A stretch of DNA of 61,780 bases from Bacilli bacterium. GTDB taxonomy: Bacteria; Bacillota_I; Bacilli_A; RFN20; CAG-826. The position numbers and the translations under genes are program-made. A model generated the notes under the pieces. It ran no database searches. It was not told the DNA's origin and saw only the letters and a list, made by a program, of their open reading frames with translations. Location: positions 1 through 61,780 of the forward strand of contig JAILBR010000043.1 in assembly GCA_024680795.1 (NCBI GenBank). The letters run 5' to 3'. Below are positions 46,637 through 55,326 of the stretch, one piece after another (within the stretch, counting starts at the first letter, position 1; each line of letters starts with the position of its first letter).

Positions 46637-49108
46637 TTATTTATTATATCTTCTTTTTCTTCTAAAAGTTAATAGGCAAAAACCAATTAATGAAATAGAA
46701 GACAAAATTATACTTGTTGTAACAATGCTTCCACCACATCCATTAGATGAATTATTTGTTTTACCGTCATCTCCAGAAGGTTGATCTGGAGTTGTTGGAG
46801 TTGGCTCACTAGGTTCATCAGTATTTGTAGGTGTATCTGACTCTGTTGAATCATCTTGATTTATTGGTGTGGTTGGTTCGGTTGTCTCTGCTGAATTAGG
46901 ATCTGGGTCTCCCGAATCATCATTTGTCGTTGATTCATTAACCACGACTTCCAATGTTGCTGTTTTGGTTATTTCTCCATCAGTAAACGAGATTGTTATT
47001 ATAGCCTTTCCAGCAGAAACACCAAATGTTGAATGCTCTTCTAAGGCATCGATAGTTAAGTCTTTTAATTCTACTATTTTAGTTGATCCATCAGAATAAT
47101 TAGCGGTCACTTCTAAACCTGTAGAATCAAATGATTCACCTACGATATACGAGGCCTTTGTTGGGTTATTCGACACTATAATGCTTGTTAATGATGGTTT
47201 TTGAGGTGGCTCAACAGGTGTAGTTTTTGATTCATACGCTACCTCTATTTTGTCTAAATATGCAACACCAGTATCACTATATTCGAGTTTGAAATATTTA
47301 TATCCTTCATCAACTTCCCATATCGTTCCATCTGTCGTTATAGACTTTACGCCTAAATCAGTTCCAATGTCGCCCCTGCCCATAGAAGAATCAGAAACAT
47401 ATAGTCTCCAATTCTTTGAACCAGAAGAAGCACTAACTGAAATAGATTTAATATCTGCAGGAAGCTCAGTGATGTTATAAACTGCTTTACCAGGTTTACT
47501 ATCATTAAACTGCATTTTATCTTTTGTTCCAGCATAAATATATGCTTCTCCACTCAAATCCCCAGCTTTCCATTCATGCCAATCATAATTTGTTGTGGCA
47601 GCAAATGAAGAACGACTTATGGTTAATACATCTGATATAGTTGGTTTAGATAAAACGCTAAAGTTAATCTGTTTTGAATCTTTTGTTACACCATTTTGTT
47701 GAGCAATAACTGTGATAGTTACGTTTCCTTCTCCTACAGCTGAAACTTCACCACTATTAACAGTGGCGATAGATGCATCTGATGTTTGGAAAATAAATTC
47801 CGGAACAGGATAAGCTTTGCTTGGAGTAAATGATGTTTCAATTAGAGCTTTATCACCAACATATAATGTTGTTTTATTAGCAGATGCACTTATTGATTCT
47901 AATTCTGTTGGTTCTGGTGGATTCACAGTTACACTAACATTAGCAAACACTGTGGAATCATAACTTGATGTTGCAGTAATGATGCATTTTCCTTCACCAA
48001 CGCCAGTCACAACTCCATTGGAGTTGATTGTTACTATATTGCTGTTGCTTGATTTCCAAGAGACCATGTTACTAGCATCAGATGGTGTAACAGATGTGAC
48101 CGATAGTTGAGACATTTCATAAACTGAAATAGTCAAAGAGTCATTACTTAGTGTAATGGATGTTGGAGCAGATGCGACATATCTGTCTGCAGAACATATT
48201 TGTCGAGTTTTTTCATTTGTGTTTCCCCACACTCTACAAGCATATTCTGGGTGATCGATATAAGGGTTTCTATTGTGTTGAAAAGTTTGGACAAGTCCGT
48301 TTCTATTAACTTCAAAACTATCTGGCTCATCTTGTTGATTCCATAACAACAAATCTTCAATTCCACCCATAGTTCCTGTGCTTCCGCTTTCAGATTGAAG
48401 AGTTAATTTTGCTCCAGCACCATCACCACTATAATATCGAGTTGCCATATACATAAGGGCACGAGCTATATCACCTTTATATTCATCTGCTGGTTCGAAA
48501 ACGCCAGATAAATAGTTAGTTGTTTTGTTTCCGAAGACATCTTCACAAGCATTTTTAGTTGAGACATTTCCAAAATCAAAACTACTTCTAGAATTATTTA
48601 GCTTTTTATCTGCCGCCATTAAATGATGTAAATCACTCTTAGCAGCACCAGAAATACCATTTGATTGTGCCCAAATATGCTCTTTATTCCAAATAGCGTC
48701 TTTACCACCATTTGCGTTTATACCATATGTAACTCCATCGTCAGTAATTGAACCATGAAATGTTCCCCATAATTGAGGGTTTGACTCGTTATATTGAGCA
48801 TATAATAATCTCATTTTTGGATTCTTATCATTTGGGTCAGGGGATAATTCCCAATTTCTATCTGTTGTTCGCATTGCGATTTCAGCACTATTGTATCCGT
48901 AAACAGTATGGCCTTTTATGAGGTTATATAATGAGATTTTCAAATCATTACCAGTAGATGTTGAACTAATATTTGAGTAATATGTCGCAACATCAATTTC
49001 TTCAGCATTTACTTTTAAAATAGAGGGGATATGTTTGATTCCCAAAGTAAAAACCGTTCCAAAAGCCATTAACGATAATGAAATTGATATTAATTTTTTA
49101 TGGTTCAT
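46637..49108 (-). CDS. Surface endonuclease I family protein with Ig-like domains, acidic Pro/Thr linker and C-terminal anchor
   Basis: NKEHIW, DLHHL, KGDIARALMYM, RNPYIDHPEY; two Big_2 and one Big_3-like domain; GCGGS-TM-RRKRR tail; AAGGAG RBS. Confidence 0.9.
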   Translation of the reverse strand: MNHKKLISISLSLMAFGTVFTLGIKHIPSILKVNAEEIDVATYYSNISSTSTGNDLKISLYNLIKGHTVYGYNSAEIAMRTTDRNWELSPDPNDKNPKMRLLYAQYNESNPQLWGTFHGSITDDGVTYGINANGGKDAIWNKEHIWAQSNGISGAAKSDLHHLMAADKKLNNSRSSFDFGNVSTKNACEDVFGNKTTNYLSGVFEPADEYKGDIARALMYMATRYYSGDGAGAKLTLQSESGSTGTMGGIEDLLLWNQQDEPDSFEVNRNGLVQTFQHNRNPYIDHPEYACRVWGNTNEKTRQICSADRYVASAPTSITLSNDSLTISVYEMSQLSVTSVTPSDASNMVSWKSSNSNIVTINSNGVVTGVGEGKCIITATSSYDSTVFANVSVTVNPPEPTELESISASANKTTLYVGDKALIETSFTPSKAYPVPEFIFQTSDASIATVNSGEVSAVGEGNVTITVIAQQNGVTKDSKQINFSVLSKPTISDVLTISRSSFAATTNYDWHEWKAGDLSGEAYIYAGTKDKMQFNDSKPGKAVYNITELPADIKSISVSASSGSKNWRLYVSDSSMGRGDIGTDLGVKSITTDGTIWEVDEGYKYFKLEYSDTGVAYLDKIEVAYESKTTPVEPPQKPSLTSIIVSNNPTKASYIVGESFDSTGLEVTANYSDGSTKIVELKDLTIDALEEHSTFGVSAGKAIITISFTDGEITKTATLEVVVNESTTNDDSGDPDPNSAETTEPTTPINQDDSTESDTPTNTDEPSEPTPTTPDQPSGDDGKTNNSSNGCGGSIVTTSIILSSISLIGFCLLTFRRKRRYNK

Positions 49109-49134
49109 AGTACTCCTTTAGTTTGATATCCAAA

Positions 49135-50052
49135 TTACAAATCAGGGAACAATATTTTAAACTCTTTTGGGGTTTGAGCAGTAAACTTCATTAGTTTTCC
49201 AGTAAATGGATGTTTAAACTCAAGCTCATACGCATGTAAACCTAATCTTTTAATCGGATTAGCAGGATCACCATATTTATCGTCACCTATAACATGATGG
49301 CCCATTTCACCTAGATGAACACGAATTTGGTTTTTTCTACCTGTATCGATATGCACATCAAGCAAAGAATACCCTTCGACCTCTTTTAAAACTTTATAAT
49401 GTGTGATCGCAAATTGCCCATCACCACTTTTCTTTGAAGAATACATCATGTTTTGGCTATTCTTCTTAAGATAAGACTTTATAGTTCCTTGCTTTTCTTT
49501 TAATTGACCCTCAACAATAGCAAGGTAGCCTCTTTTTGTGACTATATCATTCCAGTTATCTTGCATCGCTTGTTGAAATTTAACATTTTTTGCCACCATA
49601 AGGACACCAGAAGTGTCTTCATCTAATCTATGAACAACAAAAACGCGGTTATGTTTATCTTTTTGTTGCACATAATCAGTTAACATACGATATGCAGTTG
49701 AACTTTTTTCTTTGTCACTAGCAATGCTAAGTAGTCCGCTTGGCTTATTAATGACAATCATGTCATCATTTTCAAAAATAATTGGTAAGTTACTTCTTGT
49801 TTTTCGATGAATTGGGCTTTTAGAAACAATAACAACGTCACCTGGATATAGTTTGAAATTATATTGGCTAATTGGTGCTCCATCAACCGCTACACGATGG
49901 TTGGTAAGCATTGATTTTACCGAGTTTCTTGACTGGTCTTTGAAGGTTAATAATAAAAATTCTAAAAGCTCACATTCTTTTTCAACTTTATATTCGCGAA
50001 TATTTTTAAAGTCTTTACTAACGTGCTGAACTCTTTGTTTGTTTTTATTCAC
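49135..50052 (-). CDS. RluA family pseudouridine synthase
   Basis: S4-like N-terminus, NKPSGL, VHRLDEDTSG, TGRKNQIRVH, GDDKYG. Confidence 0.95.
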   Translation of the reverse strand: MNKNKQRVQHVSKDFKNIREYKVEKECELLEFLLLTFKDQSRNSVKSMLTNHRVAVDGAPISQYNFKLYPGDVVIVSKSPIHRKTRSNLPIIFENDDMIVINKPSGLLSIASDKEKSSTAYRMLTDYVQQKDKHNRVFVVHRLDEDTSGVLMVAKNVKFQQAMQDNWNDIVTKRGYLAIVEGQLKEKQGTIKSYLKKNSQNMMYSSKKSGDGQFAITHYKVLKEVEGYSLLDVHIDTGRKNQIRVHLGEMGHHVIGDDKYGDPANPIKRLGLHAYELEFKHPFTGKLMKFTAQTPKEFKILFPDL

Positions 50053-50053
50053 T

Positions 50054-50929
50054 TTATTTACCTACCTTACTTATAACCATTTTAGCGAATTTTTCTGCAA
50101 CATTAATGCCGGTCACTTTTTCAAATTCCTCAAAGAATGCATTGGAATTAATTTCACATAAAATTGGCTCTTCATCTTCTCCAAATAGTAAATCAATTCC
50201 AGCATATTCAATTTTTAATAATTTCGCTATTTTGGACGCAAAATCATAATATCTACCACAATTTTCTAGTTTTTTGCTAGTTGCGGTGTTTCCAAAATTA
50301 CTTCTAAAATCGTCTGCATTATATCTAACAAACGCACCAACAACTTCCTCATCCATGACCAAAACTCTAATTGATCTGCCATAGCTAGTTGGGATGTATT
50401 CTTGAAATTGGAGAGGCTGTCTACAGTATTCACTATATACTTTTATAAGTTCTTCTTTGGAATGAATTAAATGAACTCCTTCGCCCAAAGATCCATAAAC
50501 TCTTTTAAGAATCAATGGTAGTCCTAACTCGCTTATCACTTTATCTAAGAAGGTTAAGTTTTCCTCTTTGATTTCATTAGAATAAAATAAAGGTCCGCCA
50601 ATGGTTTTTGGCATTTTAATTCCTGCGTTTGAACAGGCTATATTTGTAAGCATTTTATCATCACAAAGCTTAATAAAGTCCGCTCTATTAAATAATCGAT
50701 ATCCATTTTTTTCTAGCTCTTTTGCAAGATAAATATCTTTATCTAAATAAATAACAAAATCATATTTAGGGAATGAGAATTCTATGCTGTTGTTTTTAAT
50801 AATAGCAAGTGAGCCGTCATTTTTTAAAACGTCTAAACTGACACCCAATTTAAAAAACTCTTCATTAAATCTTTTTACTTTATATTTATTATGTCCAAGT
50901 TCTTGGTTTGTAATAATAAGACCGTGCAT
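50054..50929 (-). CDS. RimK family ATP-grasp alpha-L-glutamate ligase
   Basis: DDKML, GSLGEGV, QEYI, FRSN, AGIDLL, CEINSN. Confidence 0.88.
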   Translation of the reverse strand: MHGLIITNQELGHNKYKVKRFNEEFFKLGVSLDVLKNDGSLAIIKNNSIEFSFPKYDFVIYLDKDIYLAKELEKNGYRLFNRADFIKLCDDKMLTNIACSNAGIKMPKTIGGPLFYSNEIKEENLTFLDKVISELGLPLILKRVYGSLGEGVHLIHSKEELIKVYSEYCRQPLQFQEYIPTSYGRSIRVLVMDEEVVGAFVRYNADDFRSNFGNTATSKKLENCGRYYDFASKIAKLLKIEYAGIDLLFGEDEEPILCEINSNAFFEEFEKVTGINVAEKFAKMVISKVGK

Positions 50930-50931
50930 TT

Positions 50932-51444
50932 TTATTTAAATACGCAAAAGTCATTCAATATAGATTCAATATAATCGCTTTTAACTATTTGATATTGGCT
51001 CATATCACCATTATATTTTTCAAGAAGCGCACTTCTGAACTCGTTATATTTTCTGACATTGCTGTCTCTTTCTTTTAAATAATATTTAAAGGCCATGATA
51101 CGGTTATATACATCTGAGCCGTATTCAACTAGTCTAATCGTTGCAACAATTTGCTTATTAGGATTTCTTCTCACGAAAAGTAAGTGGCTTAAATAATCAC
51201 TTTGATTTTCAATGAATGTATATCCTTGTCTTATAAGTATGTTTTTAATAGTAATAAAGTCGAGGCTTGTTTGTATACCGCAAAGCACATCAATTGTGCC
51301 ACAAGTTCCACACATTACTACTGATGTAGCACCAACATGTTCGATATTAACGATTTTTTGCCCTTTTAGAACGTGTAAAAGGAGTGCTTTTTCATAAGCA
51401 TAAAATTCTTTCCACTTGTTATCAAAAGGTAAAAGGTTCTTCAT
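50932..51444 (-). CDS. GrpB/UPF0157 family protein
   Basis: W...Y..E, IEHVGATSV, IDV, Y.Q.KSDYI. Confidence 0.85.
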   Translation of the reverse strand: MKNLLPFDNKWKEFYAYEKALLLHVLKGQKIVNIEHVGATSVVMCGTCGTIDVLCGIQTSLDFITIKNILIRQGYTFIENQSDYLSHLLFVRRNPNKQIVATIRLVEYGSDVYNRIMAFKYYLKERDSNVRKYNEFRSALLEKYNGDMSQYQIVKSDYIESILNDFCVFK

Positions 51445-51447
51445 CTA

Positions 51448-52767
51448 TCATGCTCCATCAATGTGTCGATCACAAATCGGTAATTCGTCCGATGGTTGTG
51501 CGTTTTGTTCATCTAATATTCTTTTATCTTCTCCGACGATGTTGCTTGGAATACCACTAGAGGCATAGCTCTTATTAGCTAATCTACCAACATATTCTTC
51601 GAAAATTTTAATATCTTTTTCATCACTAAATTTTGCCATGTAATATCTATCACCCATCAAACCTGCAAAAACATCTGGGTAATCACCATATTGGCACATA
51701 TTATTTTTAAATGTTCTCAAAATATCTTCTTCACTAAAGAAATATTCTTTTCCTCTTCTTCTAGAAGCAGCGCATGAATAATATCTTGGACCGACTGGTT
51801 CATCTGATTTTCCAAAGCAAATTATATCTGCAAACATTTGATATAGGTTTGTTGATAAACCATAGTTTAATAGGTCTGGTGTATATCCACCAGGAGTTCT
51901 AATATTAACCTCTAATGGAACAATGTCGCCTTCTTTAAAATGCCCTTTAACACTATTTTCAGCTAAAAATAATTCAGTGTGGAAGAATCTATTTTTAAGT
52001 CCTAATGCTTTTATAATTTTTTTGCCTAAAGAAAGGATCTTTTCTGGAACTTCTTTGTTCACATAATAGAACATATCTTTTTTTGTAATATGATATGAAT
52101 ATATTTCTCTAGGGAATCTTTCATTAGCAGCAATAACAACATTGCTATTTGCGTCAGCAATACCATCAAAGGTCACAATTAAACCAGTAACATATGCTTC
52201 ACAGATGTAATCTACGTATGGTTTTTCACGATGGAAAGCCTGTAATTCGGCTTCATTATTGATTTTATAATTACCAAATGCACCGACACCAATATCTGGT
52301 TTAGCAAATAGAGGATAACCATATTTATCGGCAAATTCTTTTAATGATTCATAATCTCTAACAATGATATATGGAGCGACATGGGCGCCAGCATCAATAA
52401 ATGCTTTTTTCATTGAAGACTTTCTTTGATATTCATCTAATTCAGCTGGATAAATGCCACTTCTAATGCCAAAATGTTCTCTTATAATTGAGTCATTTCT
52501 TAGCCAATATTCGTTATTACTCTCTAAGAAATCGATAGGTCCGTATTTATTGATAAAATAACCTACTATTTCAAACATTTTATTGATATTTTCCATCTCA
52601 AATGTTTGATAATATTCGGTCGCAGATTCTCTTAATCCTTGTTCAATTTCATTATATGGAGTACTGCCAATAACCAAGACATTACATCCATTTTTTCTAA
52701 ATGCTTGAGCAAACTTGTAATATGTTCTTGGGAAGTCTGCGGAAATAAGTACAACATTCTTAATCAT
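51448..52767 (-). CDS. ATP-grasp domain protein (carbamoyl-phosphate synthase/biotin carboxylase-like)
   Basis: IDFLESNNEYWL, KPDIGVGA, TFDG, FFHTELF, LEVNIRTPGG; start at ATG 52767 after AGGTGA. Confidence 0.85.
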   Translation of the reverse strand: MIKNVVLISADFPRTYYKFAQAFRKNGCNVLVIGSTPYNEIEQGLRESATEYYQTFEMENINKMFEIVGYFINKYGPIDFLESNNEYWLRNDSIIREHFGIRSGIYPAELDEYQRKSSMKKAFIDAGAHVAPYIIVRDYESLKEFADKYGYPLFAKPDIGVGAFGNYKINNEAELQAFHREKPYVDYICEAYVTGLIVTFDGIADANSNVVIAANERFPREIYSYHITKKDMFYYVNKEVPEKILSLGKKIIKALGLKNRFFHTELFLAENSVKGHFKEGDIVPLEVNIRTPGGYTPDLLNYGLSTNLYQMFADIICFGKSDEPVGPRYYSCAASRRRGKEYFFSEEDILRTFKNNMCQYGDYPDVFAGLMGDRYYMAKFSDEKDIKIFEEYVGRLANKSYASSGIPSNIVGEDKRILDEQNAQPSDELPICDRHIDGA

Positions 52768-52856
52768 AAAAATCACCTAATTTCTTGCTTACAATTATAC
52801 TCGAAAATTTCAAATTATGTATTGATATTTCAATCATAAGGTTTTAATATTTTGGT

Positions 52857-52872
52857 TGACTAAACTGTCAAT
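52857..52872. promoter_or_regulatory. Probable TetR operator overlapping promoter
   Basis: TTGAC-taaact-GTCAA inverted repeat 8 bp upstream of the tetR start. Confidence 0.65.
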
Positions 52873-52880
52873 TAAAAAAT

Positions 52881-53492
52881 ATGCCAAAGACAAAAGAACA
52901 ATTTGAACAAATTAAAAAAGAAAGAATGGACGCCATTTTAAATGCTTCCTTATTTCTATTTGCAACAAAAGGATATAACGCCGTTACGACAGACGAGATA
53001 ACAAACTATGTTGGTTGTTCGCATGGACTTTTATACCACTATTTCGGTAGTAAAGAGGATCTATTTAGTACATTGATGGACAAAAAAGTTATCACTATCA
53101 TGGATTCTATTCTTGCTGATATTGATTTCAAAGCAAAACCAAAATTCGTGTTGTTAGATGTGATAGATGCACTTTTAGAAGCCACAAAATCTAATGATGA
53201 TGAAAAAGCGTGTGCCATCTACTTAGTTTTAAATCTTCATTTACAAAGGAAATATATACCTAAGCCAAAAATAAAGCCTGGTGATTGCAAAAAACACTGG
53301 ATGGAATATGCAATCGAAATTATAGATAAAGGTAAGGCAAGTGGCGAATTCTATGATTACAACACAAAAGAAATGCTTGTAGCATTATTAGCGTTTTTCA
53401 AAGGCTTGACATATAGCAGAATATATCTTGGAGCAAAGAAATTCACTTGTCCAAAAGCGGAAATCATTTCCAAGATGATTATAAAGAGTTAA
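52881..53492 (+). CDS. TetR/AcrR family transcriptional regulator
   Basis: ILNASLFLFATKGY..VTTDEI...GCSHGLLYHYFGSKEDL. Confidence 0.95.
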   Translation: MPKTKEQFEQIKKERMDAILNASLFLFATKGYNAVTTDEITNYVGCSHGLLYHYFGSKEDLFSTLMDKKVITIMDSILADIDFKAKPKFVLLDVIDALLEATKSNDDEKACAIYLVLNLHLQRKYIPKPKIKPGDCKKHWMEYAIEIIDKGKASGEFYDYNTKEMLVALLAFFKGLTYSRIYLGAKKFTCPKAEIISKMIIKS

Positions 53493-53505
53493 GAAAGGAG
53501 AAATT

Positions 53506-55326
53506 ATGTGGCAAAACATTAAACTGATTTTAAAAAGTGTAAGGCAATACAAAAAACCCGCACTTATCACACCACTATTTATGATTGGTGAGGCAGCTGC
53601 GGAATGCATTATGCCTTTTATCATGGGTATTTTTGTTGATGAAATCAAATTGCTAAATACCCCAGATAATTTCTTTCATACCGATGGAGGAATTCCTGTA
53701 TTCTACATTGCTCTAATTCTATTAGGATTAGCAATCTTTTCCTTGATATGTGGAATTATGGGTGGAAAATATGCTTCCATTGCTTCGGTTGGTTTAGCAG
53801 CAAATTTAAGAAGTGATCTATACAAGAAATTAACAAGTTTCTCATTTGAAAACATTGATAAGTTTTCCACTTCATCACTTGTTACTAGAATGACAACGGA
53901 CATTAACAATGTCCAAATGGCATTCCAAATGATGATTCGTATTGTTATTAGAGCACCATTAATGCTTATTTTCTCTGCTGTTATGACATTCGTCGGTGGT
54001 GGACCAATGGGCTTTGTATTCGTTGCATTAGTGCCAATCGTTTCATTTGGTTTATTCCTTATTGTTAAACATGCGATGAAAGTATTTACTCGTGTATTTA
54101 AACGTTATGACGCTTTAAATCAATCTGTTCAAGAAAATGTTTCTGGTATTAGAGTTGTTAAATCTTACGTCCGTGAAGACTTTGAAAAAGATAAATTTGA
54201 TAACGCAAGCGATGGCTTAGCAAAAGAATTTATTTTAGGTGAAAAGATTGTTGCGTTAAATGGACCATTATTAAATACCGCAATTCACTTATCCAACATC
54301 ATTATCATTGCTGCTGGTTGTTGTTTGATTTACACAACGGGTACATGGACATGGTCTGATGCTTCCCATACAACAGGTGACTGGATTGGTGGAATATTGA
54401 CCTTAGGTCAATTATCAGCATTAATCACTTATGGTATTCAAATTTTAATGTCATTAATGATGATTTCTATGATTGCAGTTATGCTCACATTATCATTAGA
54501 AGCTATCAAACGTATCGGCGAGGTTTTAAAAGAAGAACCAACCATCAAAGATTGTGAAAATCCATTATACGATGTCCCAGATGGATCTGTTAAATTTGAT
54601 AAAGTCTACTTTAAATACAAAAGCGAAGCTGAAAAGTACACTCTTGAAAATATCAACATCGACATTAAATCTGGACAATTTATCGGTATTCTTGGATCAA
54701 CAGGTTCAGGAAAAACCAGTGTTATTAACCTCATCTCTCGTTTATATGAAGTAACCGAAGGCGAGTTATTAGTCGGTGGTCACGATGTAAAAGAATACGA
54801 CCTTGCAACATTAAGAAATAATGTTTCTGTTGTTTTACAGAAAAATGTCTTATTCTCTGGAACAATCGCTTCTAACCTCCAATGGGGTGATATTAACGCC
54901 AGCGAAGAAGAAATGATGAAAGCTTGTAAAATCGCTCAAGCAGAAGAGATTGTTAATGCAAAACCTGAAGGTCTACAAAGTAGAGTAGAACAAGGCGGAG
55001 CCAATTTCTCTGGTGGTCAAAAGCAAAGATTATGTATCGCTAGGGCGATTATGAAAAAACCAAAAATCCTAATCCTTGATGATTCAACTTCCGCAGTTGA
55101 CACCAAGACAGATAGATTAATTAGACGGGGTTTAAAAGAAGATCTGCCTGAAATGACAAAAATCGTCATTGCGCAACGTATTTCTTCTATTGAAGACGCT
55201 GATCAAATCATCATTTTAGACGATGGTAAAATCAACGCCATCGGAACCCACGAAGAACTTCTTAAATCTAATAAGATTTATCAAGAAGTCTACTACACTC
55301 AAAACAAAGTGGGAGGTGATAAATAA
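53506..55326 (+). CDS. ABC exporter, fused permease/ATPase (heterodimer subunit A)
   Basis: SSLVTRMTTD, GSTGSGKTS, FSGGQKQRL, ILDDSTSAVD (degenerate Walker B). Confidence 0.95.
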   Translation: MWQNIKLILKSVRQYKKPALITPLFMIGEAAAECIMPFIMGIFVDEIKLLNTPDNFFHTDGGIPVFYIALILLGLAIFSLICGIMGGKYASIASVGLAANLRSDLYKKLTSFSFENIDKFSTSSLVTRMTTDINNVQMAFQMMIRIVIRAPLMLIFSAVMTFVGGGPMGFVFVALVPIVSFGLFLIVKHAMKVFTRVFKRYDALNQSVQENVSGIRVVKSYVREDFEKDKFDNASDGLAKEFILGEKIVALNGPLLNTAIHLSNIIIIAAGCCLIYTTGTWTWSDASHTTGDWIGGILTLGQLSALITYGIQILMSLMMISMIAVMLTLSLEAIKRIGEVLKEEPTIKDCENPLYDVPDGSVKFDKVYFKYKSEAEKYTLENINIDIKSGQFIGILGSTGSGKTSVINLISRLYEVTEGELLVGGHDVKEYDLATLRNNVSVVLQKNVLFSGTIASNLQWGDINASEEEMMKACKIAQAEEIVNAKPEGLQSRVEQGGANFSGGQKQRLCIARAIMKKPKILILDDSTSAVDTKTDRLIRRGLKEDLPEMTKIVIAQRISSIEDADQIIILDDGKINAIGTHEELLKSNKIYQEVYYTQNKVGGDK

